A DNA stretch of 64,000 bases from a phage. The position numbers and the translations under genes were made by a program. A model generated the notes under the pieces. The model saw nothing but the letters and a program-made list of their open reading frames with translations. It was not told where the DNA came from and made no database searches. Location: sequence record PZ445446.1; one strand, written 5' to 3'. Below are positions 1 to 10,900 of this stretch, piece by piece (position 1 is the stretch's first letter; every line of letters begins with the position of its first letter).

Positions 1-13
1 AAGGCGGCGAGAT

Positions 14-700
14 ATGGCAGAGATTAAGTCGGATGTTAACCACATCCACACTCTGCCAGATTTTGTTCAGGGAGGTCTTGACTACCTACCTGGAGATTTT
101 CTGGCTGAGAAGGTTAATTTAGTCACATTCTTAACCGTATACCTTAAAAGGTTGGAGGATGTTGATAAGATGCTGGTAGGTTTGGCTGAAGGAAGATTGC
201 TTAACAATGCCAGCGGAAGATACCTTGACGAAGTTGGTAATCAGCTTGGTATTCTTAGGAATGGACTTTCAGATGCTGATTTTCGTGCCACACTAATTAT
301 TCAGCAGGCTGCAGCATCAAGGGGCGGGACTCGCGAAGATGTCATCTCCACCTTGCGACAATTGTTCGGAAGAGACAATTTCGATACGTGGAAAGGAGAC
401 AACTTCAGGTTTGACATAAATATTAGAAAAACTTGCTTTGACATATTGCAGTCTATCGATCAGATCTTAGATATGCTACCATTACCTTGTCATTTGCGTC
501 TTACAGAATCGCAAGGGCAAGCTTTTGGTTTTGAAGGGGACTCTACAGCTCTTGGCTTCGGATCAGTGTGGGAAGAAAGCCAATTCGGAGTTGGTGGGCT
601 GGCTACTTTGCTATATGTTCCTGACGTAAGACCTGATTGGGACACCACAACCATTTATTGTGAAAGTATTACAGTAAACGCAACTAGACAGGAGGGTTAA
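14..700 (+). CDS. putative tail/baseplate structural protein
   Basis: 228-aa ORF heading a co-directional block of fiber genes; no catalytic motif; structural role inferred from context. Confidence 0.45.
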   Translation: MAEIKSDVNHIHTLPDFVQGGLDYLPGDFLAEKVNLVTFLTVYLKRLEDVDKMLVGLAEGRLLNNASGRYLDEVGNQLGILRNGLSDADFRATLIIQQAAASRGGTREDVISTLRQLFGRDNFDTWKGDNFRFDINIRKTCFDILQSIDQILDMLPLPCHLRLTESQGQAFGFEGDSTALGFGSVWEESQFGVGGLATLLYVPDVRPDWDTTTIYCESITVNATRQEG

Positions 701-2772
701 TGGCAACAGCTGTTTTTAAACCTTACCGTGATTACTCTACAATGGCTGCACAGTTTCATTACCGAACAGTTCAGGATACTGCCGTTCCTGGTAGGGATTA
801 TAATCATGTTGAGGGCGATATAACTATCCCAGTTGGGGCAACAAGTATTGAGATCCCCGTGGAAATTGTTGACAAATTACCCAACAGGTTGCCAAGAAGC
901 TTCTTTATGGAGTTTTCATCAAAATCCCAAGGGGTAATGATTGGAACACAAAGGGCGAAATGTACAATAGTTTCAGATGAGAATCTTGACAGGATATCTT
1001 GGGATACTGTTGAGGAGAGAATGTTTCACCCAAGGTATTGGGTTACAACTACTCAGCAGACTGAAAGTACCTGTATTGTTGCAGATAACAACTGTTGTAT
1101 TAACCGTTTAGTGTCAAGAACATATGGAGGTATGGCTGGGTGTATTTGGGAAACAGTTGACAAGTATGACCATTTCGGCATTGGGTTTGATGATCACTAT
1201 GAGATGAGAAACACCAAGCTCTGGTTCAGAATGTCAATAACCAACGCCAGCAACTTCTCCACTCCTGAAAAGATGATTATGACTGTAGACCTTGTTGATG
1301 GCACAATCATCTATGTTCCTTTAGCTCAATATGCTGTCAGCATCTCAGAGGATAAGAATGTTGCAGAAATTCATATTGATTTTGAGGACTGCGTCGGGAT
1401 GGACCAGAACAACAACATGATGGGTGTTGATCCTCGGCAGGTGAGAAGGATTTTAATACCACTCATGCCTAAAGACTGGGTAAGTAATAGCACAGACCCG
1501 AGAACGGAAAATGTAGAGTGTGAGTTGCGCCTAGATCTGCTTCAGCCAGACACAGGCTGGAAAATGATGCAACTTAACAATATTCAGGTTAAAGAGCACG
1601 ACGTTGGGATCTGCACCGCATATGACGATATGTGGAACGTATCTCCTTTAAGGGTGTTGAACAATATCAAGCGTCTGGGCTATACCGGAACCATAAACCA
1701 TTATGTTGGTATGAGTCATTATTATGACTACACATGGTCAGGAACCCAATGGTCTATAAACAGAACAGGGGCGCTAAACGCTGCAGCTTATAAATGGCAT
1801 GATGATTTTATGTACAATGCCAAACGACATAACTTCGACGTTATGCAATCTGTAAGTTTTGAGCTTTTCAGCGATGCCTGCCCGTTGGAATGGACCCAAA
1901 GAGACTGGAACGATAACTACGCTAAAACAGGGTATACACCCTGTAGCTACCTCCTGTCTCCAACCATTGAAGAGGGTATGAATTTCCTTACTGCAGTATT
2001 TAAGAATTTTGCATCAGCCGCTATGAGAAACAACCTGCCAGTGATTATGCAGGTTGGTGAACCGTGGTGGTGGTACAATACCGATACTCGTAGACCTTGT
2101 ATTTATGATTACCCTACAAAACAGGCGTTTTATGATGAGACAGGAGAGTATGCATTAGATATTGGGACTATTGACGATCCTAAAACTGGCGGTGTTTACG
2201 ATAAGTATGTAGCATTTTGTCGTGGTAAGCTTGGCGCTCGTATTGCGGCTATTTCAAAGGCAATAAAGGCACACGCTGCATCAGCTCAGATGACAGCTCT
2301 GCTGTTTTTCCCAACCATTATGGAAACCGAGCTTACGCAAAAGCTTAACCTTGCTGACCAATATAAAAAGGAAGCAGGTGCTCTTGATTTCTTCTGCACC
2401 GAGTGCTACGATTGGGTGATGCAGGGAGGTATTGAAAAGGCAAAAGAGTCTGTAAACATACCTATCGTTAAGTTAGGTTGGCAACCGTCTGAAATACAAT
2501 ACCTTGCAGGGTTCGTTCCTAGTAAAGAGCTTGCTCCGGTATATGGTTACGACCCAACCAGGAATTACCAAGAATTTTTATGGAGATGTATTTGCGGAAA
2601 CATGGCAACTATAGAGTATAGATATCCTGAGGTAAAACAGTATGTGTGGGCATACCCGCAAGTAATGTCTGACAGCATCACTGTTACCGCTAGAGATTCT
2701 ACCGTGCTTCATATGGGGCAGGTTGCTCTGAAAGGGTATGTAGAAGATGTTGTCCCGCCAGACTTCTCATAA
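700..2772 (+). CDS. putative tail structural protein
   Basis: 690-aa ORF, start overlaps upstream stop; W/Y/N/T-rich composition; lies in fiber module. Confidence 0.45.
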   Translation: MATAVFKPYRDYSTMAAQFHYRTVQDTAVPGRDYNHVEGDITIPVGATSIEIPVEIVDKLPNRLPRSFFMEFSSKSQGVMIGTQRAKCTIVSDENLDRISWDTVEERMFHPRYWVTTTQQTESTCIVADNNCCINRLVSRTYGGMAGCIWETVDKYDHFGIGFDDHYEMRNTKLWFRMSITNASNFSTPEKMIMTVDLVDGTIIYVPLAQYAVSISEDKNVAEIHIDFEDCVGMDQNNNMMGVDPRQVRRILIPLMPKDWVSNSTDPRTENVECELRLDLLQPDTGWKMMQLNNIQVKEHDVGICTAYDDMWNVSPLRVLNNIKRLGYTGTINHYVGMSHYYDYTWSGTQWSINRTGALNAAAYKWHDDFMYNAKRHNFDVMQSVSFELFSDACPLEWTQRDWNDNYAKTGYTPCSYLLSPTIEEGMNFLTAVFKNFASAAMRNNLPVIMQVGEPWWWYNTDTRRPCIYDYPTKQAFYDETGEYALDIGTIDDPKTGGVYDKYVAFCRGKLGARIAAISKAIKAHAASAQMTALLFFPTIMETELTQKLNLADQYKKEAGALDFFCTECYDWVMQGGIEKAKESVNIPIVKLGWQPSEIQYLAGFVPSKELAPVYGYDPTRNYQEFLWRCICGNMATIEYRYPEVKQYVWAYPQVMSDSITVTARDSTVLHMGQVALKGYVEDVVPPDFS

Positions 2773-2784
2773 TCAGGAGATAAA

Positions 2785-3825
2785 ATGTCAAAACCTAGTT
2801 TTCCATTAGAGATTTGGGCAGAGGAGGATCAGGTTCTGCCTAACACCCACAGACAGAACAGGCTACGCCCGATTGATGATTTGTGGAGAAAAGGTTGGGA
2901 TCTTGGTCAAAAGCCCTCATGTGAAGAACTTAACTATATTTTCAATATGCTCGGAACTTGGGCAAAATACATTGCTGACGAGCAGATCCCCGCTCAAGAA
3001 GGCCGTTATCTGGTACGTGATAATAACTTGAGTGATCTTTTGAACATTCCTGTTGCCCGTAGAAACCTTGGGATTATTACTAAGGAAGAGGCAGACGCCA
3101 GGTATGTAAAAGTTACAGGTGATACAATGACAGGCCCATTGGGTTTGCAACGTATCAACTTTAAAGCTGCCGAGTCAGATAAGGCTTGGATAGAGACAAC
3201 TATTGGCCCAGATAAGACAACTCTCGACTTTGGGTTAAGTGATAATACCGGGTCGTTTGATGATGGTGGTACATCTACAGTGGATGCGTTCCGTTGGAGA
3301 TTCCAGCCAACTCAGCCGGATATTAATCCAGAGTTCACTTTGATGTACCTTAACGCGATCACGGCTAACCGTGCGCTGTTGAAAGTGGTAGGCAATGTTG
3401 AAGTTGTCGATAACATGAGGTGCAATAACCTTACTATCAGCAATACAGCGACATTCACCAACTGTAATGTGGCTAGTCAGTTGACGGCTGGGTCAGTGTA
3501 TGTTAATGGTGGTGCAAGTTGTGACAGTATGGTTGTAAGAAGCCAGCACTGTGTTGTCGGTAACAGAAATGTGGTTCGCTCTGTGAACGGAGTGACGGCT
3601 AACGGTAACGGTGATGTAACGATCACTATCCCGCAGACAGGTGTGCAAGACATCAGAATCGGTGCAAGACTTGTGGACGGAGTTTCTGAATCTCCAATCC
3701 GCAACGGCTACGTTGTCACAGGCTGGCATTTCGGTGACAAAAAAGAGATGCGTGGTTCAACCTACTGGGCAGGACCTTTACAAAAACTTGTAAATGGTCA
3801 ATGGATCACTGTTAATTATGCATAG
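2785..3825 (+). CDS. tail fiber protein (paralog A)
   Basis: 346 aa; N-terminus (FPLEIWAEEDQVL) and C-terminus (QKLVNGQWITVNYA) conserved with ORF 4837-5883; G/N/T/V-rich repeats typical of fibers. Confidence 0.6.
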   Translation: MSKPSFPLEIWAEEDQVLPNTHRQNRLRPIDDLWRKGWDLGQKPSCEELNYIFNMLGTWAKYIADEQIPAQEGRYLVRDNNLSDLLNIPVARRNLGIITKEEADARYVKVTGDTMTGPLGLQRINFKAAESDKAWIETTIGPDKTTLDFGLSDNTGSFDDGGTSTVDAFRWRFQPTQPDINPEFTLMYLNAITANRALLKVVGNVEVVDNMRCNNLTISNTATFTNCNVASQLTAGSVYVNGGASCDSMVVRSQHCVVGNRNVVRSVNGVTANGNGDVTITIPQTGVQDIRIGARLVDGVSESPIRNGYVVTGWHFGDKKEMRGSTYWAGPLQKLVNGQWITVNYA

Positions 3826-3839
3826 ATCGGAGGACTAGC

Positions 3840-4424
3840 ATGAAAATACTTCAAGAGTTTAAACTTTACCAACCGGGATCTGGCGAATACCGCACCAACA
3901 AGGAAACCAAGGAGCTGACCCCTCAAGAGGTTGAGGATTACACAGCATACACTGGGTATTTTTTACGTAATGATGATGGCGATTGGTATGTGCAGTCACG
4001 AACATTACGACAAGAAAATCCGGGGTGTATCTTCCTACTTGTTGACGAGAAGGGAATTCTTAAGACATCTACAGAAGAACCTGATGCCTTATGGCCTGCT
4101 CCAGGTCTTCGTGTGGTTATCGCCAAAAAAGAAGAGGTACCAGAAAACATTATGCTTCACCACGACGCTTTGCGTTTAGTTGGTGATGAATTTGTCACAG
4201 ACAATGAATTCTTTGTTCAACAGGCAGAGGGTGTCATAGAGACAGAACTTGCTTGGGCTACTGCTAGAATTGGTGCCTATCAAGACATGATTGACCTTGA
4301 ATATGATCTTACTGATGACCAGAAACGTAACATCAGAGATTTGAAAATGTACAGGGTAAAACTTCTTGAAATAGATACATCTAAAGCCCCTGACATTTTC
4401 TTCCCGGAGCGACCTACCCTCTAA
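3840..4424 (+). CDS. putative tail fiber assembly/chaperone protein
   Basis: 194 aa directly downstream of fiber gene; role inferred from position only. Confidence 0.35.
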   Translation: MKILQEFKLYQPGSGEYRTNKETKELTPQEVEDYTAYTGYFLRNDDGDWYVQSRTLRQENPGCIFLLVDEKGILKTSTEEPDALWPAPGLRVVIAKKEEVPENIMLHHDALRLVGDEFVTDNEFFVQQAEGVIETELAWATARIGAYQDMIDLEYDLTDDQKRNIRDLKMYRVKLLEIDTSKAPDIFFPERPTL

Positions 4425-4435
4425 GAGGAGGTGTT

Positions 4436-4750
4436 GTGGAGTTGGATTTGGCGGCATTGTACGGTATCTGCATGGGTACCGTTGTCCCGATCTGTGTATG
4501 GGCTTTCAACCAGTGGCACACCAAATGGAAAGGCATTTCCAAGAGGTTGGATGAACTGGAGAAAGACCTCATCTTAGTGAAAAACAGTATGGTTACAAAA
4601 GATAAACTTGATTCCGTTATCGAGACCCGGTTAAGCAAGCTAGAGGCCGATATTAACGACCTTAAGCAGGATGTCAGGACAGATGTCTCCGGCATCCGAG
4701 CTGATGTACAAAAGATTTTGCACATGCTCGTAGAGCATAGTAAAAGGTAA
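4436..4750 (+). CDS. membrane-anchored coiled-coil protein (GTG start)
   Basis: 104 aa; GAGGAGG RBS before GTG; N-terminal hydrophobic segment then heptad-like coiled coil; i-spanin-like or fiber-associated. Confidence 0.4.
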   Translation: MELDLAALYGICMGTVVPICVWAFNQWHTKWKGISKRLDELEKDLILVKNSMVTKDKLDSVIETRLSKLEADINDLKQDVRTDVSGIRADVQKILHMLVEHSKR

Positions 4751-4757
4751 ACAAAGG

Positions 4758-4795
4758 TCAGAACGGAAAGGACTCCGTTCTTGCATTTTGTTCTC
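4758..4795 (+). terminator. putative intrinsic terminator
   Basis: AGAACGG/CCGTTCT stem then T-rich tract after stop of 4436-4750. Confidence 0.45.
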
Positions 4796-4836
4796 TAAAG
4801 TGTTAAAATAGTCCTAAGGAATTTTCTCAGGAGAAC

Positions 4837-5883
4837 GTGATGACTAAACCAGTTATCCCTCTTGATATTTGGGCCAATCAGGATGTTGTGCTTGAAAATA
4901 CGGGAGAGTTGAATAAATCTCAACCAAAAAAAGAAGAGAGATTGAAAGGTTGGGATATGACACAAAGAATGGCATGTGAAGTTGTTAACTTTGAACTTCA
5001 CATGCTTTCTGCGTGGTTGAAGCATTTAACAGAAGATGTTGTCCCAGGATGGGATAATAGATTCTTAAGGGTCACTAATAATCTAGCAGACGTTCCAGAC
5101 AAAGCTGCTGCACGTCAAGTTCTCAATGTATACTCACCTGAAGAAATGGACGATCTATATGTTGACAAGTCTGGAGACATAATGACTCAGACTCAAACTT
5201 TAGGTCTTCAAAGAATCGAGTTTGCATCTGCGTCAACAGACAGTGCGGCAATATATACCACCATAACTCCAGACAAGACGACGATGGATTTCTGGATTAT
5301 GGACAACATCGGTGGTGCTGACGGCACAGACCTTGATGATCCTTCTCACCAAATAGATGGGTTCCGTTGGAGATTTCAACCTTCTGGTGGGCAGCCTGTG
5401 TTTTCAGCTATGAAGCTCAATGCTATAACTGCCAACCGTGCAAGACTGGCTATCCAAGGAAATCTTGAATGCAACGATGCAAAAAGTTCCTCTGCAAATG
5501 CCAATGCGGTCACGATACCAAGAGCCACTGTTAATGGACAACAATCCTGCGGAAGCGCTCAAATAGGTGGAAGAGTTGATTGTAACGATGAAACCGTCAG
5601 GGGCCAATATGCAACAGTTGGTGGAAGAAACGTGGTCCGCAGGGTAAATGGTAACGGCGCAGACAGTAGCGGTAACCTTACTATCCCTATGCCTAGCAGA
5701 GGGGTTGATGATGTAAGGATAGCAAACCGTTTTAAAACCACCTACAGAGAGTCAAGAGTCTACCCTGGACATGTGATGTGCTCTGGTAACTACGCTTATA
5801 AACACCCTTATCAAGGTGATTACTGGACAGGTGCTATCCAAAAACTTGTAAATGGTCAATGGATCACTATATCTTATGCTTAA
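4837..5883 (+). CDS. tail fiber protein (paralog B)
   Basis: 348 aa; shares N- and C-terminal segments with ORF 2785-3825 (…QKLVNGQWITISYA), central region diverged. Confidence 0.6.
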   Translation: MMTKPVIPLDIWANQDVVLENTGELNKSQPKKEERLKGWDMTQRMACEVVNFELHMLSAWLKHLTEDVVPGWDNRFLRVTNNLADVPDKAAARQVLNVYSPEEMDDLYVDKSGDIMTQTQTLGLQRIEFASASTDSAAIYTTITPDKTTMDFWIMDNIGGADGTDLDDPSHQIDGFRWRFQPSGGQPVFSAMKLNAITANRARLAIQGNLECNDAKSSSANANAVTIPRATVNGQQSCGSAQIGGRVDCNDETVRGQYATVGGRNVVRRVNGNGADSSGNLTIPMPSRGVDDVRIANRFKTTYRESRVYPGHVMCSGNYAYKHPYQGDYWTGAIQKLVNGQWITISYA

Positions 5884-5894
5884 AAAGAGGGTAA

Positions 5895-6161
5895 ATGAAA
5901 CTAACTCAGTTTTTATGGGGACTGGTTGCGGCATCTGATGACCCTACGAAAGTGTCCCAATCTAAGCTATGGTCGAACATAGGCATGGCGGTGATGACTG
6001 GGGTGTTTATTCATATGGGGTATAATGATACGCTTCCTGAATGGTATGCGTGGATATACGCGCCTTCAGTAGCTTGCCCCCAGCTTATTAGCAAATTCAT
6101 CTCGCTCCGGTGGGGTTGCCAGCACCCTGACCACGTTAAAAACGAAGAGCAAAAAGCTTAA
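5895..6161 (+). CDS. small hydrophobic protein
   Basis: 88 aa with hydrophobic stretches (MAVMTGVFIHMGY); downstream of fiber gene. Confidence 0.35.
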   Translation: MKLTQFLWGLVAASDDPTKVSQSKLWSNIGMAVMTGVFIHMGYNDTLPEWYAWIYAPSVACPQLISKFISLRWGCQHPDHVKNEEQKA

Positions 6162-6170
6162 GGAGAAATC

Positions 6171-7916
6171 ATGGCGCAAGACATGACAAGCTTTGAGCAG
6201 GCGGTAGATCAAGTAATTGTTGATTCTGAACGTTTGCACCTGATTGTCAACGGTAACGCTGTGGATGAAGTTGTCGTAGAGGATGGGACCACCATCCCTA
6301 CGGTACGAAAAGCCATGCTTGACACCCTTTATTTTAAAACGCCACCGATCCCTTGGGCGTATGGTGCATCCACAACAGTTTTTAACCAGCTGTACGAGTT
6401 TAAAGGGGACACAGGCCCTCAGTGGTGGTACGCTCCCGCAGCATCAAAATCTAACCCGGTTAGAATGCCAGCAGATCCTTCACAATCTCCAAACTGGAGA
6501 TTATATACCGATTCTGCAGTAATGGCAAAATACTACGCAAAACTTAACAGTCCGAGGTTCGAAGGTGACCCGCGAGTACCTACGCCTCCAATGGACGACA
6601 AATCCGAGTCTATAGCAAACACAGAGTTTGTTGTTGACTATGTGGATAGCATATTTGAAGCCATGGAGGGAATGAAAGTTACTGTAGGGTCTTTGGTGGT
6701 AAAAGGTCTTACAGAACTTGCTAACACTATAGTTGGTGGCACACTCACCTTACATGGGCCTGTTAATGGAGCAGATTCTACTGCACGCTTCAGGAACCTA
6801 ATCCTCACGGCAAATACTTCTACACTTACTTTTGCGTGGAGTGATCCTAAGCATGCAGACTGGAGAAGCACAGAGCTGCAACCTCATGAAGTGTCCACCC
6901 ACAGGGTTATAGCTGACACTATAACTTCTGGGAAACCAGTGGCTAATAATAACGATGTGCATTTTGATGGTCTAGGTAATAACTTTTTTGACTACGTGTA
7001 CATTCGTGGTAATGCCATGAAGGCAGCAACCGAACCGACATTGCAGGTAGATGGAACCACCAGGGTTAAGAACCTTGAGGTGACAGGCACTGTTACAGGG
7101 ATAACCTACTCTGTCGATGGCACCATGATTTACCCTAGCTATATTGAAAGCACGGGGGACGCATTAATAAATGGTGATTTAGAAGTTGGCGGATCTGTAG
7201 TTATTCGAGGTACAGCCTCTATCCAAAACATAGCTCTGAATACCCTAAGAGTCAATGAGCGTGCAACTTTTGAAGGGAAAGGGCTTACAGCCAACAAAGG
7301 TGTAATTACCGAGCTGACAACCACTACTTTAACTGCAACAACTGCAAACTCTGAAAACTGCAACGTTACCAGAAACTTACAGGTAAATGGAGATGTTAGT
7401 TTAAACGCAGCAGGGACGGGCACCACCTACCTTCACAACCTTGAAATATCCGGCACAGTGACTGGGTGGCTGCCAGACTTCTCTAATGTCAACTTTGTTT
7501 GTAATGGCATTAACTCCAGTGGCAAGATAACCACCTCTCAAGAAATTGAGGCGGGTAAAACCATTACTGCCCCTACTTTCCACGCAGGAAAGGTAGATTT
7601 TGATTTAGAGGAGGTTGACGCGTCCAGTGGGACATGGACACCTAACGGGCAGGCCAGTATGTATGTTGTCCACGCGAAAGGGGATTTTACAATAGGACAA
7701 TGGCCTGGTACATCAGCGGAAGATAAACCTTATCCATTCACTGCGGTTATCTATGTCATTCAGGATGCTGTAGGTCACAACGTGACTTTGCACGATAAGT
7801 ATGCTATCCTGTCGGCAACGCCTGTTATTAATAACAAGGCTAATAGTGTTACCTTGCTGCAATTAACATATTGTGGTGTTGGTGATATCGTAGACGTAGT
7901 AATTGCACAACGTTAA
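6171..7916 (+). CDS. tail fiber/tailspike protein
   Basis: 581 aa; long G/T/N/V-rich beta-repeat region; AGGAGA RBS. Confidence 0.55.
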   Translation: MAQDMTSFEQAVDQVIVDSERLHLIVNGNAVDEVVVEDGTTIPTVRKAMLDTLYFKTPPIPWAYGASTTVFNQLYEFKGDTGPQWWYAPAASKSNPVRMPADPSQSPNWRLYTDSAVMAKYYAKLNSPRFEGDPRVPTPPMDDKSESIANTEFVVDYVDSIFEAMEGMKVTVGSLVVKGLTELANTIVGGTLTLHGPVNGADSTARFRNLILTANTSTLTFAWSDPKHADWRSTELQPHEVSTHRVIADTITSGKPVANNNDVHFDGLGNNFFDYVYIRGNAMKAATEPTLQVDGTTRVKNLEVTGTVTGITYSVDGTMIYPSYIESTGDALINGDLEVGGSVVIRGTASIQNIALNTLRVNERATFEGKGLTANKGVITELTTTTLTATTANSENCNVTRNLQVNGDVSLNAAGTGTTYLHNLEISGTVTGWLPDFSNVNFVCNGINSSGKITTSQEIEAGKTITAPTFHAGKVDFDLEEVDASSGTWTPNGQASMYVVHAKGDFTIGQWPGTSAEDKPYPFTAVIYVIQDAVGHNVTLHDKYAILSATPVINNKANSVTLLQLTYCGVGDIVDVVIAQR

Positions 7917-7924
7917 TATATATC

Positions 7925-7955
7925 TAACCGCTCCTGACGGGGCGGTTTTCTTATC
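7925..7955 (+). terminator. putative intrinsic terminator
   Basis: AACCGCTCC-tgac-GGGGCGGTT hairpin then TTCTT between fiber gene and giant gene. Confidence 0.45.
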
Positions 7956-7966
7956 TGGAGAACACA

Positions 7967-10900
7967 ATGCTTCCAATCCCTTTGCTAAAACTTGGTCGTC
8001 ATTTCCTCGATAAGAGGGGTGGAATTAAGGAACTTGCTGTTCTGTCATACCCAATAGACAACAGTGATGGTACAAGCAACACAGTATCCTATGTAAATAG
8101 CTTAGCTATACTTTTTGATGATGGTCAGCTTAATATTACTGGCTATAATAGGTTCGGAGAGTGTCGGACTGGAGATCTTGATACAATAAACTATCCTAAT
8201 GAGGCAGCTTGGAACGTAGACCATGTTTGGAGAGCTGACCGTGCATTTGTAATCCGCACATTCGATAATAAATTTTTCTATATTGGTTGCACAGCTGGTC
8301 TTATCGGATCGGAGGCAGCAGGTGGAAACGATGTTTGTGTCAGAGAGTGGACACCTTTGCCGGAACAGATCGTAACAGGGTTGCATTTGGACACCCATCC
8401 TGAGAGACTTGTTGAAGTAATGGGTGGCGTAAACAATACAGTGTGGGTAATTGCTGCACCAGAGGCTGATGGTATGCTTCACCTGTACGGCTCTGGCAAT
8501 AATACTTACGGCTCTCTTCATGTTGACAAAAATCAGCATGCAACCCCTGTAAAGATTGGTGAGACATCGGAAAATCCTGAAACAGGTCCTTGGAAAAACC
8601 CAAGCATCAACTGCGAGGTGCATGACAACTCTGTTATTTTCGGTGGTCCTAGAGGTTTCTGGATTGCTGGATACGACTTTCTGAGAAATAACAGTAGAAA
8701 CGACCTTGTTTGGCCTCCTGTGCAGATTACTCGTAACGATTTGAGGGGCATTCCTGCAGATGAGGAGTGGAAAGGGTTTATGTGCGGTCCTAACGGGGCA
8801 ATAATTGCCACACAGAGGATGCATAGACCCGATGACCAGCAGCTTGTTAACGTATTTTATGGTCAAAACATTTGGGGAGATGATACATGGCGGGAACTGA
8901 ATATCACCTACACCCATGAGGTAATAATGGCTCGTGGGTACGGCACAAGTGGCATTTTCTTCAATAATGGCACCAAGCAGTATCGTGGATTCTCTCGCAA
9001 CTTGTGTAATGATATTGGTGCACAATCTGCAAACAATAGTCCTAGGTCCGATTTTATCCACTATCAAGCTCTTGCTACAGCTAAATATGTTGAGCAACGC
9101 CTGCCAGTTAGCTGGACAGAGAGTGTTTATTTCCAAGGCATCCATAGAGAAGGTTTCTTAGGGACCTTTACTGTTGTTAATGGTAAACTTTGGTGGTCAG
9201 GCATCCCAAGGGGAAGTTTTGCAGGCTCTAACAACCTGTTTGGAGGCAGACTTAATAGCCAGGGGTTCACAGAGGTTCCTGAGAATTGGTATAAAAATGT
9301 CCCGGTAGACAGTTGGGGTGTTGAGGATATTTTCGACGTTAACGGTGTTAGCAGCGTTAGCAATATTTACATTGGTGACACGGTCAAGATGAAGTTGAAG
9401 CCTCAGCCAGAGGGGGCTACGTTCATTATTGACAAGATTGAACTGGTAAATGCTGCAGGTACGGTTGTTACAGATGCAAATTACCAATTCTCCACCAACT
9501 GGAACCACGGCGGGGCCAACGAAGTTGTTGTTACCCAGTATAACAGAAATGTTAACAGACGTGGCCTGTACTCTGTAAAAATAACCTATCATGACAAGCA
9601 TGGCACAGGCAGAACCCATACGACAAGGACTTTGAACTGGAACACCATAGTTCCTGCGTATCCGTCCAACGGCAAGTGGCATACTGTCGGTAGAAACAAA
9701 CAGTTCCATGTCAACGATACTGTATACTTCGGGCTTAACGCAGCTCAACCTGCTGTAGAAGGCGATACATCGTATATAGTACGACTCCATAGAATGGATG
9801 CCGGGTCTGTAACCTACGATGTGACTCAGGAGATCTACGATCAGAGACGTACCACGTATGACAATGTTGTGAAAACACAAGCCTTGTGGGAGTTCAACCC
9901 TAACGGCAGAGGCGGTAAAATGTTGCAGGTCAACGAGCAAAACGGGACATCGTTGACTGTCCATGAACATCCAGATCCTTGGCCTGATCCTGGAAAACCT
10001 AACTCTGGTGCTCGTACACTGAAAATTGTTAGCCATGATGCAGGATATTTCGGAATACGCTGGGAAGCCACAGTAAGATATGCCGACGGGACAACAAACA
10101 ACATAGGGATCACCCTTGATGGCACTAGTGAGGATAACTCCCTGAAAATTGCCTACACCCCTAGGGGCATCTCTATTGACAACATAGATGTTGTTCGCAA
10201 CGGTTACGGCGATGTGAATGTCAAAGTTACTCTTGGCGAACATCTTGGTGGGGAAAGGATCATCATGTATGCCTTTGATCATGATCCGCGCACCAATGGG
10301 ACTTATGCAAATCAGGCATGGAGTTATCTGATAAATGCACCTGAGCCGAATACTAAAGAGTTCTACTACGGTATGAAGCGAGATGTGTGCAAGAAAACAG
10401 GAACACATGACTGGATTGCTATCTGCGTTAAAGATGAGCGCACAGCTTGGGATGAGCCTGTTAACAGATGGTTCATAGGTATTCCTACCAGAAGTGATAA
10501 GTATGTCGCAGAATATATTGTATGCATGGGCGGTACCAACCTAAACATGTGTTGGAACGAAGATGTAAACAAATACTCTGATTATGACTATATGAGGGAT
10601 TACTCTTGTAATTTGTGGTTTAACCAAACTACAGGTTACCCTCCGCGTCAGGCAAGGGTAAATCCTGCAATCTTTACAGATACGCAGGTTTTCTTGACAA
10701 AACAGGCCAACGAGGTCCAGACCTTCAAGAACAAATACGACCCTAATAAGTGGTTCTATAACTGCTATGGGGCATTTTTCTGGGGACCTGGAGAATTACC
10801 TGGTGGTGGCTCTTGTTTTGAGGCTGCAACTTACGCCAGTGACAGATTTATGGGCCAGGTCAAGAAATACAAGATAATTCCAGGGCCTGAAACTTTAGGC

